The notes under the pieces: generated by a model
What the model saw: only the letters and a program-made list of their open reading frames with translations
Told to the model about the DNA's origin: nothing
Database searches by the model: none
Program-made: the position numbers and the translations under genes
Shown: positions 1-17,669 of the stretch, one piece after another
How positions within the stretch are numbered: position 1 is the stretch's first letter
How the letters are laid out: each line of letters starts with the position of its first letter
NCBI GenBank assembly: GCA_030295235.1
Contig: AP026147.1
Coordinates: forward strand, 682,001 to 746,000
DNA length: 64,000 bases
DNA from: Fistulifera solaris
Lineage: Eukaryota
Reading direction: 5' to 3'

Positions 1-731
1 ATTCAAATTTATGAGACGAGTTGATTTTTCCGGTTTTGTGGAGGGAGAAAAGAGCGGACGTAAAACGTGCGAGGTCATTTATAAGCGCTTTACTATCAGA
101 GTTGTGTTGTTGTGAGATGTCCGTTGTAAATAAATACTATTGAGTTTTGTGTTCACCAGAGGCCCAATCTTCAGAATACGGGTTGGTCCCTTGTCGAATG
201 TTCTACTGACCGGTCATCGGTCATTCGAGTCTTGTTCCCATGTCTTGCACACAAAAGTCTATACTAGCGGCCCGAATTTAATTCTGAGTCATGAATGGCT
301 TCGCGTTCCACGTTCCGGAAACGAGAAACTTTATTACTTGTAGTGCCCAAGTTTTGCTTTGCTATGAAGCCTAAAAGCCTGTGACGACTCGTGACTCGTG
401 ACCGAGACAAAGATGATTTATTTTTGGTGAATTCAATGGTCGATGGTGCATCACTCTTAATGCATTTCATAAGACTTGTCCCTATAAGGCTGTTGGTGCG
501 CTATGTGAATATTTGTGTGACAGAACAGCCCAGTTTTCCTAGCAGGGCTCCGTAAGCTTGATGTAGACATTCCAAGTAATGCAGCATGGATTCTTTTTTC
601 AATTTGGAGTTTGAATGTTTGTCAACTATTTTCCTTTGATGCAAATACATTATGTAGTTGGAAGGTAGGATGCGGTGAGAGCCGAAAATGGGGGTGGGTC
701 GAGATAACACCATATCCGGGTTTAGTTTGCC

Positions 732-780
732 TCTGTCGATAAATTTCCTTACGAGGCCAAATGCACGTAGACATTCGAGA
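732..780 (-). repeat. Short inverted fragment of the dispersed repeat that flanks the structured element
   Basis: ctctgtcgataaatttccttacgag...gtagacattcga is the approximate reverse complement of 17930-17980 (tcgaatgtctacg...ctcgtagggaaatttatcgacagag). Confidence 0.6.
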
Positions 781-1346
781 CCTTACAAATTTCCATGTAA
801 TGAACGGTTTTATTACTTTGTGGGGTAAAAGATAGCTTAACGTTCATAAGGACTACCAGTATGCTTGTTTTTGCCCTCTAAAAGACTTGTTTAGACCCCT
901 GTGAAGAATTTTCTGGCTTCACCTTAGCTGGAAGGTACGTACGTATGGCGTACGGACGTACGGACACATTATAAAACGCTAACCTTATCATCGCACTGAG
1001 CCCATCCCACGTGCCCCTACCCTAGAGCCTACAGTACGAGGTATCTAAGTAAATTCTATTGTACTGTCTCTTTTGTACACAAAGGTGGAGCAATGCAGCT
1101 AATTGAATTTTTGTCGTTATTCAAAATGTACAAAATTTATCCGTTGCTCGCGCATCTTGCAAAACCATCAACAACAAGCAACAACGCAAAAACGATAAAA
1201 GAAAAGGGTTGTGGTCTATGAAGCTTTGCGAAACGAACCCAACCAAAAGGGAAGAGAAGGAATAGAACAGCTTCTTCTTTACGCGGGCGTGAAACAGGAT
1301 CGACGTTTGACTGAAACGAAATACGAAGCTCTCCGACTACCATAAA

Positions 1347-3507
1347 ATGCCTGACAAATATCCTGGAGGCGTCAGTGGTCCTCGTAGATCTACACCGATC
1401 AGTCCGACGGCAGATGAATCTATGGATACAGTTGCGGCAAATGCAGAAGCTGCTCGGTTAGCCCGCGAGCTCGGCGTCGTCGGGTCGACACAGCCTGTTT
1501 CTCGACCTCTCTTTAGCCGCTTTCGGCAAAACAACAATAGTTATGCATCCTCATCGAATAGCAATTACAATCAAGACAAACAAGAAGAGCCATCTTCTTA
1601 TGTTCGAATGAAAGATGATTCACAGCGCTCTCAACCATTCACTGCGTCTACAGAGTTCGATACGTCACCCAGTTATCCAGCTCATTATCCTCATATCACT
1701 ATTTGCAACAGTCAAGGAGAACCGATTCATGAATTTGACTGTCACGGACAACGCACTCCGTATAGAGAAGGACCTTACTTCTTATCGCGTGATGCAGCAG
1801 GTCGTCTTGTCAAGAAACGTTGGTGTAAGTACAGAAGTTGTGCCGATTTTTCCATCGTTCAAGCAACTGACGTGTCTATTCTTTCGCTCACGCGTGTTAG
1901 ACGGAAGACTCGAAGACGGCTATCTAGCGAGATCGTCTATTTATTTGCACGAGTACTTTGGATTCACTATCTATACGCCTCTTACTCATGAAGAGCAGGT
2001 TGAAATGAAGAAACCGAATGGAAAAATTCCTCGCTGGATGTATGAATTTACGTCACTTCCCAATTTGGCTATACCCATGTCGTATTTTTGCATCGGCGTT
2101 GCTTTGCAGTTACTCAGGACGCCTCTGATTGTCTACTTTATTGAAGATCTGAACGCAACGCCGGCCGAGGTAAATGTTCTCTTCACGGTCATGGCCGTCC
2201 CTTGGTGTTTCAAGGTCATTTATGGATTTTTGTCCGACTGCTTGCCCATCAGCGGTTTGCGTCGAAAGCCGTACTTTATGACGGGCTGGGTCGTTTTCAT
2301 CGTTTCGAATCTCATTTTGATGATCAACCCGATCCCCTCCATCCCTGTTTGTATTCTTCTGGTCTTTACACAAACCGCGGGATACATGCTCGCCGATGTG
2401 ATGACGGATGCATTGATTGTGGAACGAAGTCGCTATGAATCGCAAGAAAAACGAGGCACTATGCAATCCAAGGGATACATTGTTCGATTCTTTGGATCGA
2501 CAGTCGGGGCGACCATTGGTGCTCTGGTCTACAACAAAGATGATTGGGACTGGTCACTACCGATTCGATTGATCTTTTTCATCAATGCGGCGTTCCCTTT
2601 GATATTCCTGTTACCATTCGTGCCCTATTTGCTGGAGCTCGAAACAGACTGCTTGCCGAAAAATTTTTGGGATCAGTGTCGTGAATTGTTTCACACAGCA
2701 CAACTACGGGCCGTGTGGCAACCCATGACTTTTGTGTATGTATACAATGCCTTGCAGCTCACCAACGCTGCTTGGATGAACTTTCTTGTAGAAGGCCTCA
2801 AGTTTTCCGCCTGGCAAATCGGACTAGTTTCCATTGTTGGATCCATCATGTCGTGGTTTGGAATCATGACGTATGAGCGATTCTTTTTTGCAAGTAACTG
2901 GAGGATCGTTTACTTTTGGTGCACGACACTGGCGTCGGCGATTGCTTTGGGGCAACTCATTTTGGTGTTTGGGGTTAATCGACAGTGGGGTATTCCGGAT
3001 ATATGGTTTAGCATGGGGGACGACGTGCTGGTAGAGTTCGTTATTGCTGTGCAGTTCTTGCCAATGTGCATCATGTATCTGGGATTGTGTCCTCCAGGCT
3101 CAGAGGGAACAACTTACGCGATGCTGACCACATGGAGTAACCTCGCTGGCTCTCTGGCATTCGATATTTCGACAGCGCTTACATCTGTATGGGATGTTTC
3201 GTCCGAAACAATCGCTGCCGGTGATTACAGTGGAATATGGAAGTTGTCATTATTTTGTGGGCTGATTGGTCCGGTGCCTCTCGCACTGCTAGGTTTGATT
3301 CCCAAGAATAAGGAGGATCAGCGAAAATTGCAAGAAGACGGCACGAGACACTATTTCAAAGGTGCACTGTTTATTGCATTAATGATTTTGACGCTCGTAA
3401 TAACGTTTGCCGAGTCCATCTACGAAGTGGCCTTACATGAACAAGATCGCGAAGAAATGAGCGAAGAGCGCCGACGCAAATTGAGTAGGATGATGGTTGG
3501 GCACTAG
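1347..3507 (+). CDS. BT1-family folate/biopterin transporter (MFS), 2 exons
   Basis: ORF 1347 joins ORF 1615 through a GT-AG intron at 1825-1900 (gtaagt...gtgttag), giving ...KKRW-Y-GRLEDGY. BT1-type motifs PWCFKVIYGFLSDCLPISGLRRKPY, ADVMTDALIVE and CPPGSEGTTYAML; many TM helices. Confidence 0.9.
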
Positions 3508-3721
3508 AACGATCCGGTTGTCCACTTGTCGGGCATCTTTCACCCAAAAGTTTGAACAGTTTCAATATCTGCAGCACTAGAATAGATATTGCGTGTATGT
3601 AACTTCGTTTGTTTACTGTTGTTCTTAGCTAAAGGAGTTTTGGAGCAATAGCGCGTGTTTTTCGAAAGTGCAGATATCTAAGTATGTACATGTAATGCTT
3701 TGTAGAGCGTCCGAAGACGGC

Positions 3722-4906
3722 CTAATACACTTGGATAAGGATGTGTGACATGCACGAGTACACGCCAGCATTTTTTCCAGTACTCTTGACCGAAGAGGTA
3801 TTTAATCGGTGAGCTTCATTTTTGCGGTTTTGGTCCACGACAGGAGTGACGCTGATTTGACACGCGATGTCTTTTGCTAGACAGAGCCGTCCATTCAGAT
3901 ACTTCTTTTCTGAGTGAGATGCCATGTCCGAAGCCGCAGTATCAGTGCAAATATCCGATGGGACCGGTACCTGGATGATGGTTTCAACTGGCCTTCCAAT
4001 GATCAAATCTTTTGATTGCATACAGGAGAGTTCGAGAAAGGCTTTGTTAGCGTACACGACGCAAAGGGTGGTGTCGACTGCGTAACGACACGAGCTTCGT
4101 CCGAGATCGAGACGGCTTCTTCAATATCAACCGCGTTTTCCATCGAAATTCCTGTTGGAGGGAGAAGTCCAAGCGATTGAGTCATCGGGTTCGAGATGAC
4201 TTTCCAGAGGAACTGGTCGCCTAAGTCTGTCTCCTTTTGTTGCTTCATTGATGGTGCGCTCCACACAAGAGCTTGTGCCATCCACTGCCCCTCGCAGAAT
4301 ATGGATCTCGGAAGGTTCAACAACGTATTGGTTCCTCCCTTTTGTTGGGATTGAATCGCTTTTTGCCTTGATCTCCACACGTCAGCCGGGAGGAGCTCAC
4401 AATGCGAGACATCGATTGCTGGATGTTTCGGACTTTTCCTTGCCTTCAAACTATACTTTGGAGAGAGTGGGAACGATCTGTGGCTCAAAAGCGTTCGCCC
4501 GAAGTCCCAAGTTCCAGAGAACACTTCGAGCCTCTTTCATGAGGTCCGAAGAAGGAAAGCATGTTTTCTTTGCGGCCTTCATGGCGGTTGACGCCGTGTA
4601 CTTGTCTTCGCGTACTAGAACTTCAGAGAGTCGAGTCAAGATCGTTTGCTTTGAATTCAAAAACTCAAAACACGATTCGAGACCTTCATCTTCTTCGCAG
4701 ATACGATCGGACGTAATGTGACGTTCCTCCAAAGCAAGTCCACTGCATATGAAGAAGTCATCGTCAGAAACATCGGAGCTGCCATCGAGCGATGAAACAC
4801 CGCTGTCACAGCTAGAAGGACTTTGTTCGGAATAAACAACGCGCCTTTCTTTGTAGGACCGCTCGTCCGGAATTATGCTGAGTTTACGTTTTAGCAGTTG
4901 TTCCAT
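3722..4906 (-). CDS. PAS-like domain protein (several frameshifts, probably assembly errors)
   Basis: Segments in ORFs 4451-4906, 4003-4524 and 3722-4057. Adding one T to the homopolymer near 4065 gives EEAVSISDEARVVTQSTPPFCVVYANKAFLELSC...IIGRPVETI, a PAS N-terminal signature (F-x-V-V-x-A-N-x-A-F...G-R/K). Confidence 0.65.
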
Positions 4907-5336
4907 GATTTCGGATGATTATGATGATTCGAGAGCTTGGCGATAGCAATGATTACGTAAAAGAAAATCGTTTGTTGGAAATGATTGTTTGTTTGTAGTT
5001 TGTGAACTGATCCATCAATCCGCCGTAAGATCTGCCCGAACGACTATTTTCAAAGAATGGTTTGTTGTTGATGTCAAGCTATGGGTCTAGTCTACTCAAA
5101 GCATCCACACGAAAAAGGCGAACTGCAGTGCCAAAACATGCCTTGTCAGACAAGCACAAAATTACGTACGTCGAAAATCTGCGGCTCAGCCAATCATAAT
5201 CGAGATAGGAATGATGTCATTGGTGTGTTTTGGAAAGTGATCAGTTCAGAACTTGAGCTGAAACATGAAAGGTTACAGCGCATGTGAATTGAGAATCGGG
5301 TACAATTTGGATGATACATATGGATTCTTTTCAGGG

Positions 5337-5403
5337 CACGTCATTTTCTGCCAGCTGATGCCAGCTGAATTATCTGTTCTGATTGGTTGACGAAATGACG
5401 TCA
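5337..5403. promoter_or_regulatory. Candidate bidirectional promoter motifs: ACGT-core bZIP sites, E-boxes, CCAAT
   Basis: CACGTCA at 5337-5343, two CAGCTG at about 5352 and 5362, ATTGG at about 5382 and the palindrome TGACGTCA at 5396-5403, all between two divergent genes. Confidence 0.4.
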
Positions 5404-5626
5404 AGGGTTCGGTGGAGGAGCCGCTTCATCATCCCTCTTCTAAATGACCTTATAGTGTGCTGTGGCTATGAACCAAACAGCAGTACCAGGTACCAGTAAT
5501 GTGAACTGCGAAGTGCTTGTCCGCAGCGCTCTCGTTGCTTCAGTCACTGATTCACTTGGCGACCACTCAACGAGTCCAAGTCCACAATGAACGCAACCAT
5601 TTTCAATAGAATACGATTATCATAAC

Positions 5627-8257
5627 ATGCCTGCAAATGAAACAGACGATGCCGTGGAGACAGCTAACAACGATGGGTTGATGAACGATGCCGAAGCGGA
5701 GAACAAGGAAGTAGCCTCCACCGATTCGACGCAAAGTAGCGATGGCAAAGGTAGCGGAGGCTACAGTGCTGATTACTCACAATCTGAGGAGGACCAGTCG
5801 TCTGACGATACCGGATCGAAAGAAAAGACTTTGGAAGCATCGACATCTGTCGCCGGTCTGCGGATATCCGATAGAAAAGTAGACAGCGAACGAGGAGATA
5901 AACAAGATAACACATCCTCGGATTCACTCAGTTCTCTCGAGAATTCGAAAAAGCACAGGTCTTCGAGACAGCGCAAACGAACGCTGGGACACCTAACAAA
6001 ACACAAAAACGATGCGATAGAGACAGATAACACTTTTGCAGAATTTTTGAAGTCACTGGTCGGTCAAGGCTTTCTCCCTCAATTAAATGGCATGCTAGCC
6101 ACATCTTCCTCCCATCCAATGGACCCTCGTATCGATCTTTCGCATGTTCAATACGTCCCAGAAGCTGAAATAGGAGCGCATCAGAATGCGGCTAGTGCGA
6201 ATTTTCCAGTACTGACAGAGGAGAACTATTTGCAGCTGATGGATGTAAGTCACGTGAAATGAATATGAATGTCCATCATCGGAAACCAACTCAACCATTC
6301 TGTGTTACAGTCGGTACGGCCGTTTTTCAGAGTTCCAGGTGTTCCTCTGTCAGAGCCCATATTAAAAAAAAGAACAAAAAGAACAAAAAGAAAACGAAGG
6401 ATCATCTTCAGATCCTGTTTCCTCGGAAGGCTTCACATCCTTTTTACAACAACTCACACCGGAAGCAGTAATGATAACACAACTCATTCGGCTGATTCTT
6501 CGGACTCGAACAAAATACATCCGGATCCCAAAGACAAAGATAATACACATGTTTCTGAGCAAATAAAACAAAAGCGAAAAGAGGAAGGTGGAGGCGATTC
6601 CTCGGGGTCTTCGCAGAAGCGTGTAAGAATAATAGAGACAGCTAGAAGTCCTAAAGCCTCTCGTGATGACGCAGGTAACGGCGCCGAGCCCAGCGATCCA
6701 GAGCAAATCATAGAGAGAGCGAGATATTTGGCGGCTAGAGCAAACGATTCTACTACGAGCTCCTCGTCCAACAGTGAAGGGAACAGACAGGTGCCACACA
6801 CGTTGTCCAGATTAGTTACTGATATTTCATCGTCCAATCGCACAGATAGTGCCGCTGGAACTTCGGAGTCGGCGGGAAATACGGGAAGTGCGAGCAATCA
6901 AGGCAGTTCCGGTAGCGGTGCGGACGGAAAGGGTAGCAGTGAGGAGGGTAAGGGAAGTAGTGAGGATAATGGAAAGAGTAGGGGTGATGACGCCGGCGGG
7001 TCGGATGAAACCCCGTTTGGGGAGAAGCCGTATAATTCTACGTTAAAAGCTAAGATTGAATCGGGACATAATCAAAGATACAGTCACCACAAGGTGACGA
7101 ATTGAGAGAGAAGCTGATTCATAAGAAGCGAAAGCGCATAGAAATGCGACGCGAATATGAAGCTCAGCAGCACTTCGAGTCGTCGGAAAGCAGTGGCTAC
7201 AACTCAGAATCGTTGTTTCGGCCTGGAAAGCATATTCAAATGGATCAGGTGCTTCAAGTTAGCAATATACCCAGGTGAGTTTTTCACTTTGTGGAAAAAA
7301 ATTATATCGTCATTGAACGACTCACTCATCTTGCGTTCGGCCGCTAGACTTGTGATTCAGGCTTTGTCTCCATTCTTGGTCGTTCATGCAAATGCCGCAT
7401 ATTCACGACTTACGGGCCTTGAAGCGCACGAAGTTGTTGGGAAATCAGTAAACTTCCTATTGGCGTTACCGGAGTCCGCATCCGACGAACTTGAGCGAAA
7501 TGCTCAAGTGGATCGTGAACGACAGAGTCCTCAAAGCACGCCAGTAGAACAAGGCGAACACGCTGAATCTGCTTACGCCGGGCTATCAACAAGTGAAATG
7601 CAGCCTAAAGATTCCAGTCGCTTCGAAACTCTTGAACGATTGATTGTTTCGTGTGGATTTGGCCACATCCAATTTATCAACGCTCTAGCCGTTAACAAGC
7701 ACCAAATGGTTGGCCGCAATGTGTCCTTCTTGAGCCAATCCGTTGATGATGCAAAAGAAAATCAGTCTGAAAAAGACGAGGACAGCAAGTCTGCGAACGT
7801 GTCAAGAAATGATGTGGTCGATAAACAAATCATTCGTTGCCGAACGGCGATTGCTCCCATTGTTTCCAGTCAGGTACCTGCAGAAAGCAGCGTACCAACC
7901 GACCATGATACAAAACGACGAAAGCAACAGCACAGCGGAACCTCTGAGAATGTGAGCAACAAAACGAGCATTCTGAAAGACCCACCAGGTCAACATAGAC
8001 GTCATCATCAGCCGCAAGTCATCACTCATTATATCATTCAGCTGGAACGACTAGCCGCCGGCGGAGTAAAACAGTTGAGTGTCGACGATTCCATTTCATC
8101 CAACTCTACTTCGGTAGAAGCGCGTCTGGTTGGTTTAAGTAAAGCTGCTCATCTGCAACAAAAGGCCGCTGTTGGTCATCCTGAAGTGTTGTTGGGCGAC
8201 GACGAAGCTTCTGGGTCGACTACGAATCAGGAGGAAGCAGTGATTGCTGTCGCTTAA
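5627..8257 (+). CDS. PAS-like domain protein with a basic/coiled segment, 3 exons, frameshifted
   Basis: Introns 6245-6310 and 7275-7347 (GT-AG). Basic helix ELREKLIHKKRKRIEMRREYE, then PRLVIQALSPFLVVHANAAYSRLTGLEAHEVVGKSVNFL (PAS-like). Ser-rich low-complexity N-terminal half. Confidence 0.7.
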
Positions 8258-8626
8258 AATATTCCGTATTCTTTATCAAACTGGAAGTGTGTACAACATG
8301 CAATTCATGGTTAAATGAAGTGAGCTTCAATGATAACGGATCTCTAGAATAGTGTGCAAAGCATTATAACCGCACTGCGTTCCAACAAGTTACGGGACTG
8401 ATTTAGTGTTTGAGTCTTTTTGACGGTTTACGCTGTGTACTCTTTTGAGATAGTCGCTCACCAACGTCTGATAGTCTGTCCCGCTCAAATAAATTGGCCA
8501 TTCATCTTATTTCTTCTGATATTTGCGAGAAACACGTTCATTTTCGTTTTGATCGAAAGCTTCCACCATGAAAGAAGGAACGACGCATCGATAACCGAAG
8601 CTGCCTTTTCCTTCCTTGCGTTCGTC

Positions 8627-14234
<5,608 letters not shown>

Positions 14235-14647
14235 GCCAAGTGTATTAAAATCACGATTTTAAATCCCAAAAGCCCACAAATATCCTAGCTCGTTGCATTA
14301 GACCACAAACTGGTTTCGAAGCTACGTTGAAATTACGAACGAGAAGAGATTCTTTACATAGGTTTTGTAGAGCCTATAAGACTTCGACATTTCGGTTGGA
14401 GGCGCCAGCCAGCGCATTGAAAACGACGATGAGTGAATGCGCCTTTGTTGACAGTTGACACACACCATGACACAAAGCGAACCAATAACGTATTGTTCCT
14501 TTTGTTTCTTTATTACATCGACGTTGAGTATTATAATTTGATCTTGGCTTAATAATAATAAGGAGAAAAGAACGAAAGTCAGCGCTCGATTATACACCCG
14601 ACAAACGACCCAACGAAGCACGAATTGCAACACCATTTCAATTCATC

Positions 14648-14968
14648 ATGACAAAGTCCGCAACAAATAGCAGCAACCCAGATAAACGTCCTTGGACTGA
14701 CACGAATTCTGACAAGAAATGTCGCCCTGACCAAGCGAATATATTTCAACGCTGGATGTACCGTACAGATTTGCACAATGGAGCCTACATGTTGAACGAT
14801 TGCGAGAAATGGTCGCTGTACGCCTTCTTCTGGATCTGTGTGTACTTGGTTGGCATGTATCTGTACGCCTTTTCGGCCGGTTTCTGGCACGGATTGATGC
14901 ATCCTCAGGAGGATGAAGTTACCGTATTAGATCCACTGGTGCACTCGACCATGGAGGGTGAATTTTAA
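14648..14968 (+). CDS. Serine palmitoyltransferase small regulatory subunit-like protein (ssSPT-type)
   Basis: 106 aa; RWMYRTDLHNGAYMLNDCEKW resembles the ssSPT YMLEPWE motif and is followed by one TM helix. Confidence 0.65.
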   Translation: MTKSATNSSNPDKRPWTDTNSDKKCRPDQANIFQRWMYRTDLHNGAYMLNDCEKWSLYAFFWICVYLVGMYLYAFSAGFWHGLMHPQEDEVTVLDPLVHSTMEGEF

Positions 14969-15499
14969 TTTCAAAACGAATGACGGCGAGTGTCAAGCAT
15001 GTTGTTAGTAGAAACGCAACGACAGCCATCTCAACATAAATTCCAGAAGAAATGCTTTGGTTTTTATTCGAGTGCCTTTGTCGTCTTCGAGCTACGAAGG
15101 AGTGCCTCGGAGGTCTTTGTACGCACGTTTTGTTGGCTGTTGAATAAAGGATAAATAGCAAGTTCTTTCTTTTTTATTGATTACGGAGTAATAAAAAATA
15201 GACCCCTAGCTGTCCAGTCATTCGATGTTTTAATCTTGCCGATGGAAGCATTGCCCAAAGGATAGAATTGCTTTGGCCTAAACTTATTTTATTCATCGAT
15301 CAAACGTCACACGAAAAAAATTAGGGGAGAACGAAGGTGGCCTGTTTTCTTTATAGTTCAATTTATAAAGTTCTGTCATATCCACCTAGGCTGTTAATAA
15401 TGATAAGAACCAATCCCACAAGTAAATGTTAATCAATTGACAGGATTACGGGGTCTAGTCGTATCTCGTATCGCTCAAGAACAGAGTGCTATTCAAACG

Positions 15500-15935
15500 A
15501 CGCCACGACTCGATTCCAGTCATGAGTAACGATTTTATTATTTGTTGGTAGCGGTTCCTTGTGTGTTTCGTGCCATTCGCAAAGCCTACGATGCCAAAGA
15601 AGATCCCAAAGCGTCAATATCAATAAAAGGATTTATACTTGCATAAATCTATGATTTAAAATCCAGCATCCATGCGTGTGCTTTTTTGCAAGATGACTAT
15701 AGCACAAAGTGTTGGTTCTAGACCTCACGACTAACTCGATTCCAGTCATGAGTGATAATTCGTCGGCAACAAACCCTTGTGTGTTTAGTGTCTTTGTCAA
15801 ACAATGGAATGCTAAAACGCATTTCGAATGATCATGTTTTGTGAGGCAACTTTAAATTGCACGAAGCTATGATTCTAAATCCACCATCTATGCGTGTGCC
15901 GTTTTTTCTAGATGACTATCGCACAAAGAGATGGA
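15500..15935 (+). repeat. Diverged ~220-bp tandem duplication that includes the start of the downstream gene
   Basis: actcgattccagtcatgagt at 15508 and 15734; atgcgtgtgc...agatgactat.gcacaaag at 15672 and 15890. Confidence 0.7.
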
Positions 15936-17071
15936 GTACATTCTTTCAGGACATTATGGAATTGGAGGTGGGATCGGTTGCAAAGGGATTGGAAAGCGCT
16001 TGGGTGGAGCATTTTTCGACCCGATTGGGATTCCCTATGGAACGTGCTTCGTTCAACGTTCTTGTCACAGTTAACCGCACAAGCCAACCTCCCTACAACA
16101 TCTTCTTCACGCAACACCATTTTACCACCTCCGGATCAAGATGGCTCGGTTCGTATGACATGGATCGGTCACGCGACTTGCTTTTTGCAGCATTCCGATT
16201 TCACCGTCTTGACGGATCCTATCTTTGGTCGCCGCGCTTCGCCCTATCCCAATACACCCATTGGCTTTGCCAGGGAAGTACCTCCGGCTTGTTCGATTGA
16301 AGATCTAGGACAAAGTATTGATGTTTGTATGATATCGCATGATCATTACGATCACCTGGATTTGGAGTCGGTACGGAAGTTAAAGTCGGTCGTACAATTG
16401 TGGTTTGTACCTTTGGGTATTGCCGAATGGCTTCAGCAGCATGCCCAAATTCCGGAGGAGCGTATTATCGAGGTGAAATGGTGGGACAGCGTACGACTGG
16501 AAAAGGATAGTTTGGCACAGACTTGGAAAGTCGCTCAACGTTATTCATTGGAAGACGCTCCGTATCATCATCCTTCGTTGGATCGTCTCGCGAGCCCACA
16601 TGAAGCGTGGCTGACTTGTTTGCCCGCACAACATTGGAGTAGTCGTTCCTTTTTGATCGCAATTACCGATTGTGGTCTTCCATGGCCTGTCACTTTCCCT
16701 CCGAACAACTATTTTATTTCGGTGGAGACACGGCCCGCCCCGATTCCTTCCCGCTCTTTGAACAGATTCGTGATTATTTGGCCCGACCCATTGATCTGGC
16801 GGCACTTCCCATTGGAGCCTACGCACCGGCTGAATTATGCCGCGATGCGCACATGCATCCCCATGAAGCAGTGCAAGTGCATGAAGCATTACGAGCACAA
16901 CGCAGTGTGGGGATACACTGGGGGAGTTTCCCGTTGGCAGAAGAGCCATTGCATGAACCCGCGGATCTGTTACACGAATGTGGGGTGGCACAATTTGACA
17001 CAGTGGAACACGGTGCGGCTGTGATTATTCCAGTGCGAGGGAATGTTTCGGACATTGCTATTAGTGCTTGA
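15912..17071 (+). CDS. NAPE-PLD-like metallo-beta-lactamase fold hydrolase (one frameshift near 16650)
   Basis: TWIGHAT, VLTDPIF, ISHDHYDHLD and PAQHWSSR, then in the next frame YFGGDT, ALPIGAY and GIHWGSFPL. Start codon uncertain. Confidence 0.85.
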
Positions 17072-17669
17072 CTTGGAGGTCGAACTGTTCATTTCTCCTC
17101 TAGTGCATTGTAGAGAACGTTTTGAAAGGAAGAATAGACTAAAAGATAAACTTATACATCTATATAAGCCCATTCCATGATGATGAGACTTTCTCTTGTA
17201 ATCGACTTCTCGCGACACCTAGCCTTTGCGTGCGTGGCTTTAGAAAAGGGGAGAGTACCAGGTAATGGCACTTGTTTTAGAAGATCTGCCAATGAGTATG
17301 GAAATCACTCAAATAGCTTTAAATGCTCAATTAGTGCTTTGTTATGGATGGTGATTGAAATGCAATGGTGACTAAACGTCGTCCGCAGCTGTAATACGTA
17401 ATACTTAATACTTGTACAAGAGTACTGTACTTGTAATAGCGGCTCGGACGGAAATTTAATTCACGACTGAAATGCAGTCGTGGCAAATGTCGTCCACATT
17501 CTGAACCATAGCCAATTTTAAAATAAATCTTGAACAAATATTAATCCAGTATCAACCGGATTTGCAGCAACGTCGACTGTATTCTCATCATTCTCGTGCA
17601 TGCAGGTTCTAGAGCAGTGGTAAAACTTAAATTTGACCGATAAGGCAACAAAGATGAACGATGCAACGC

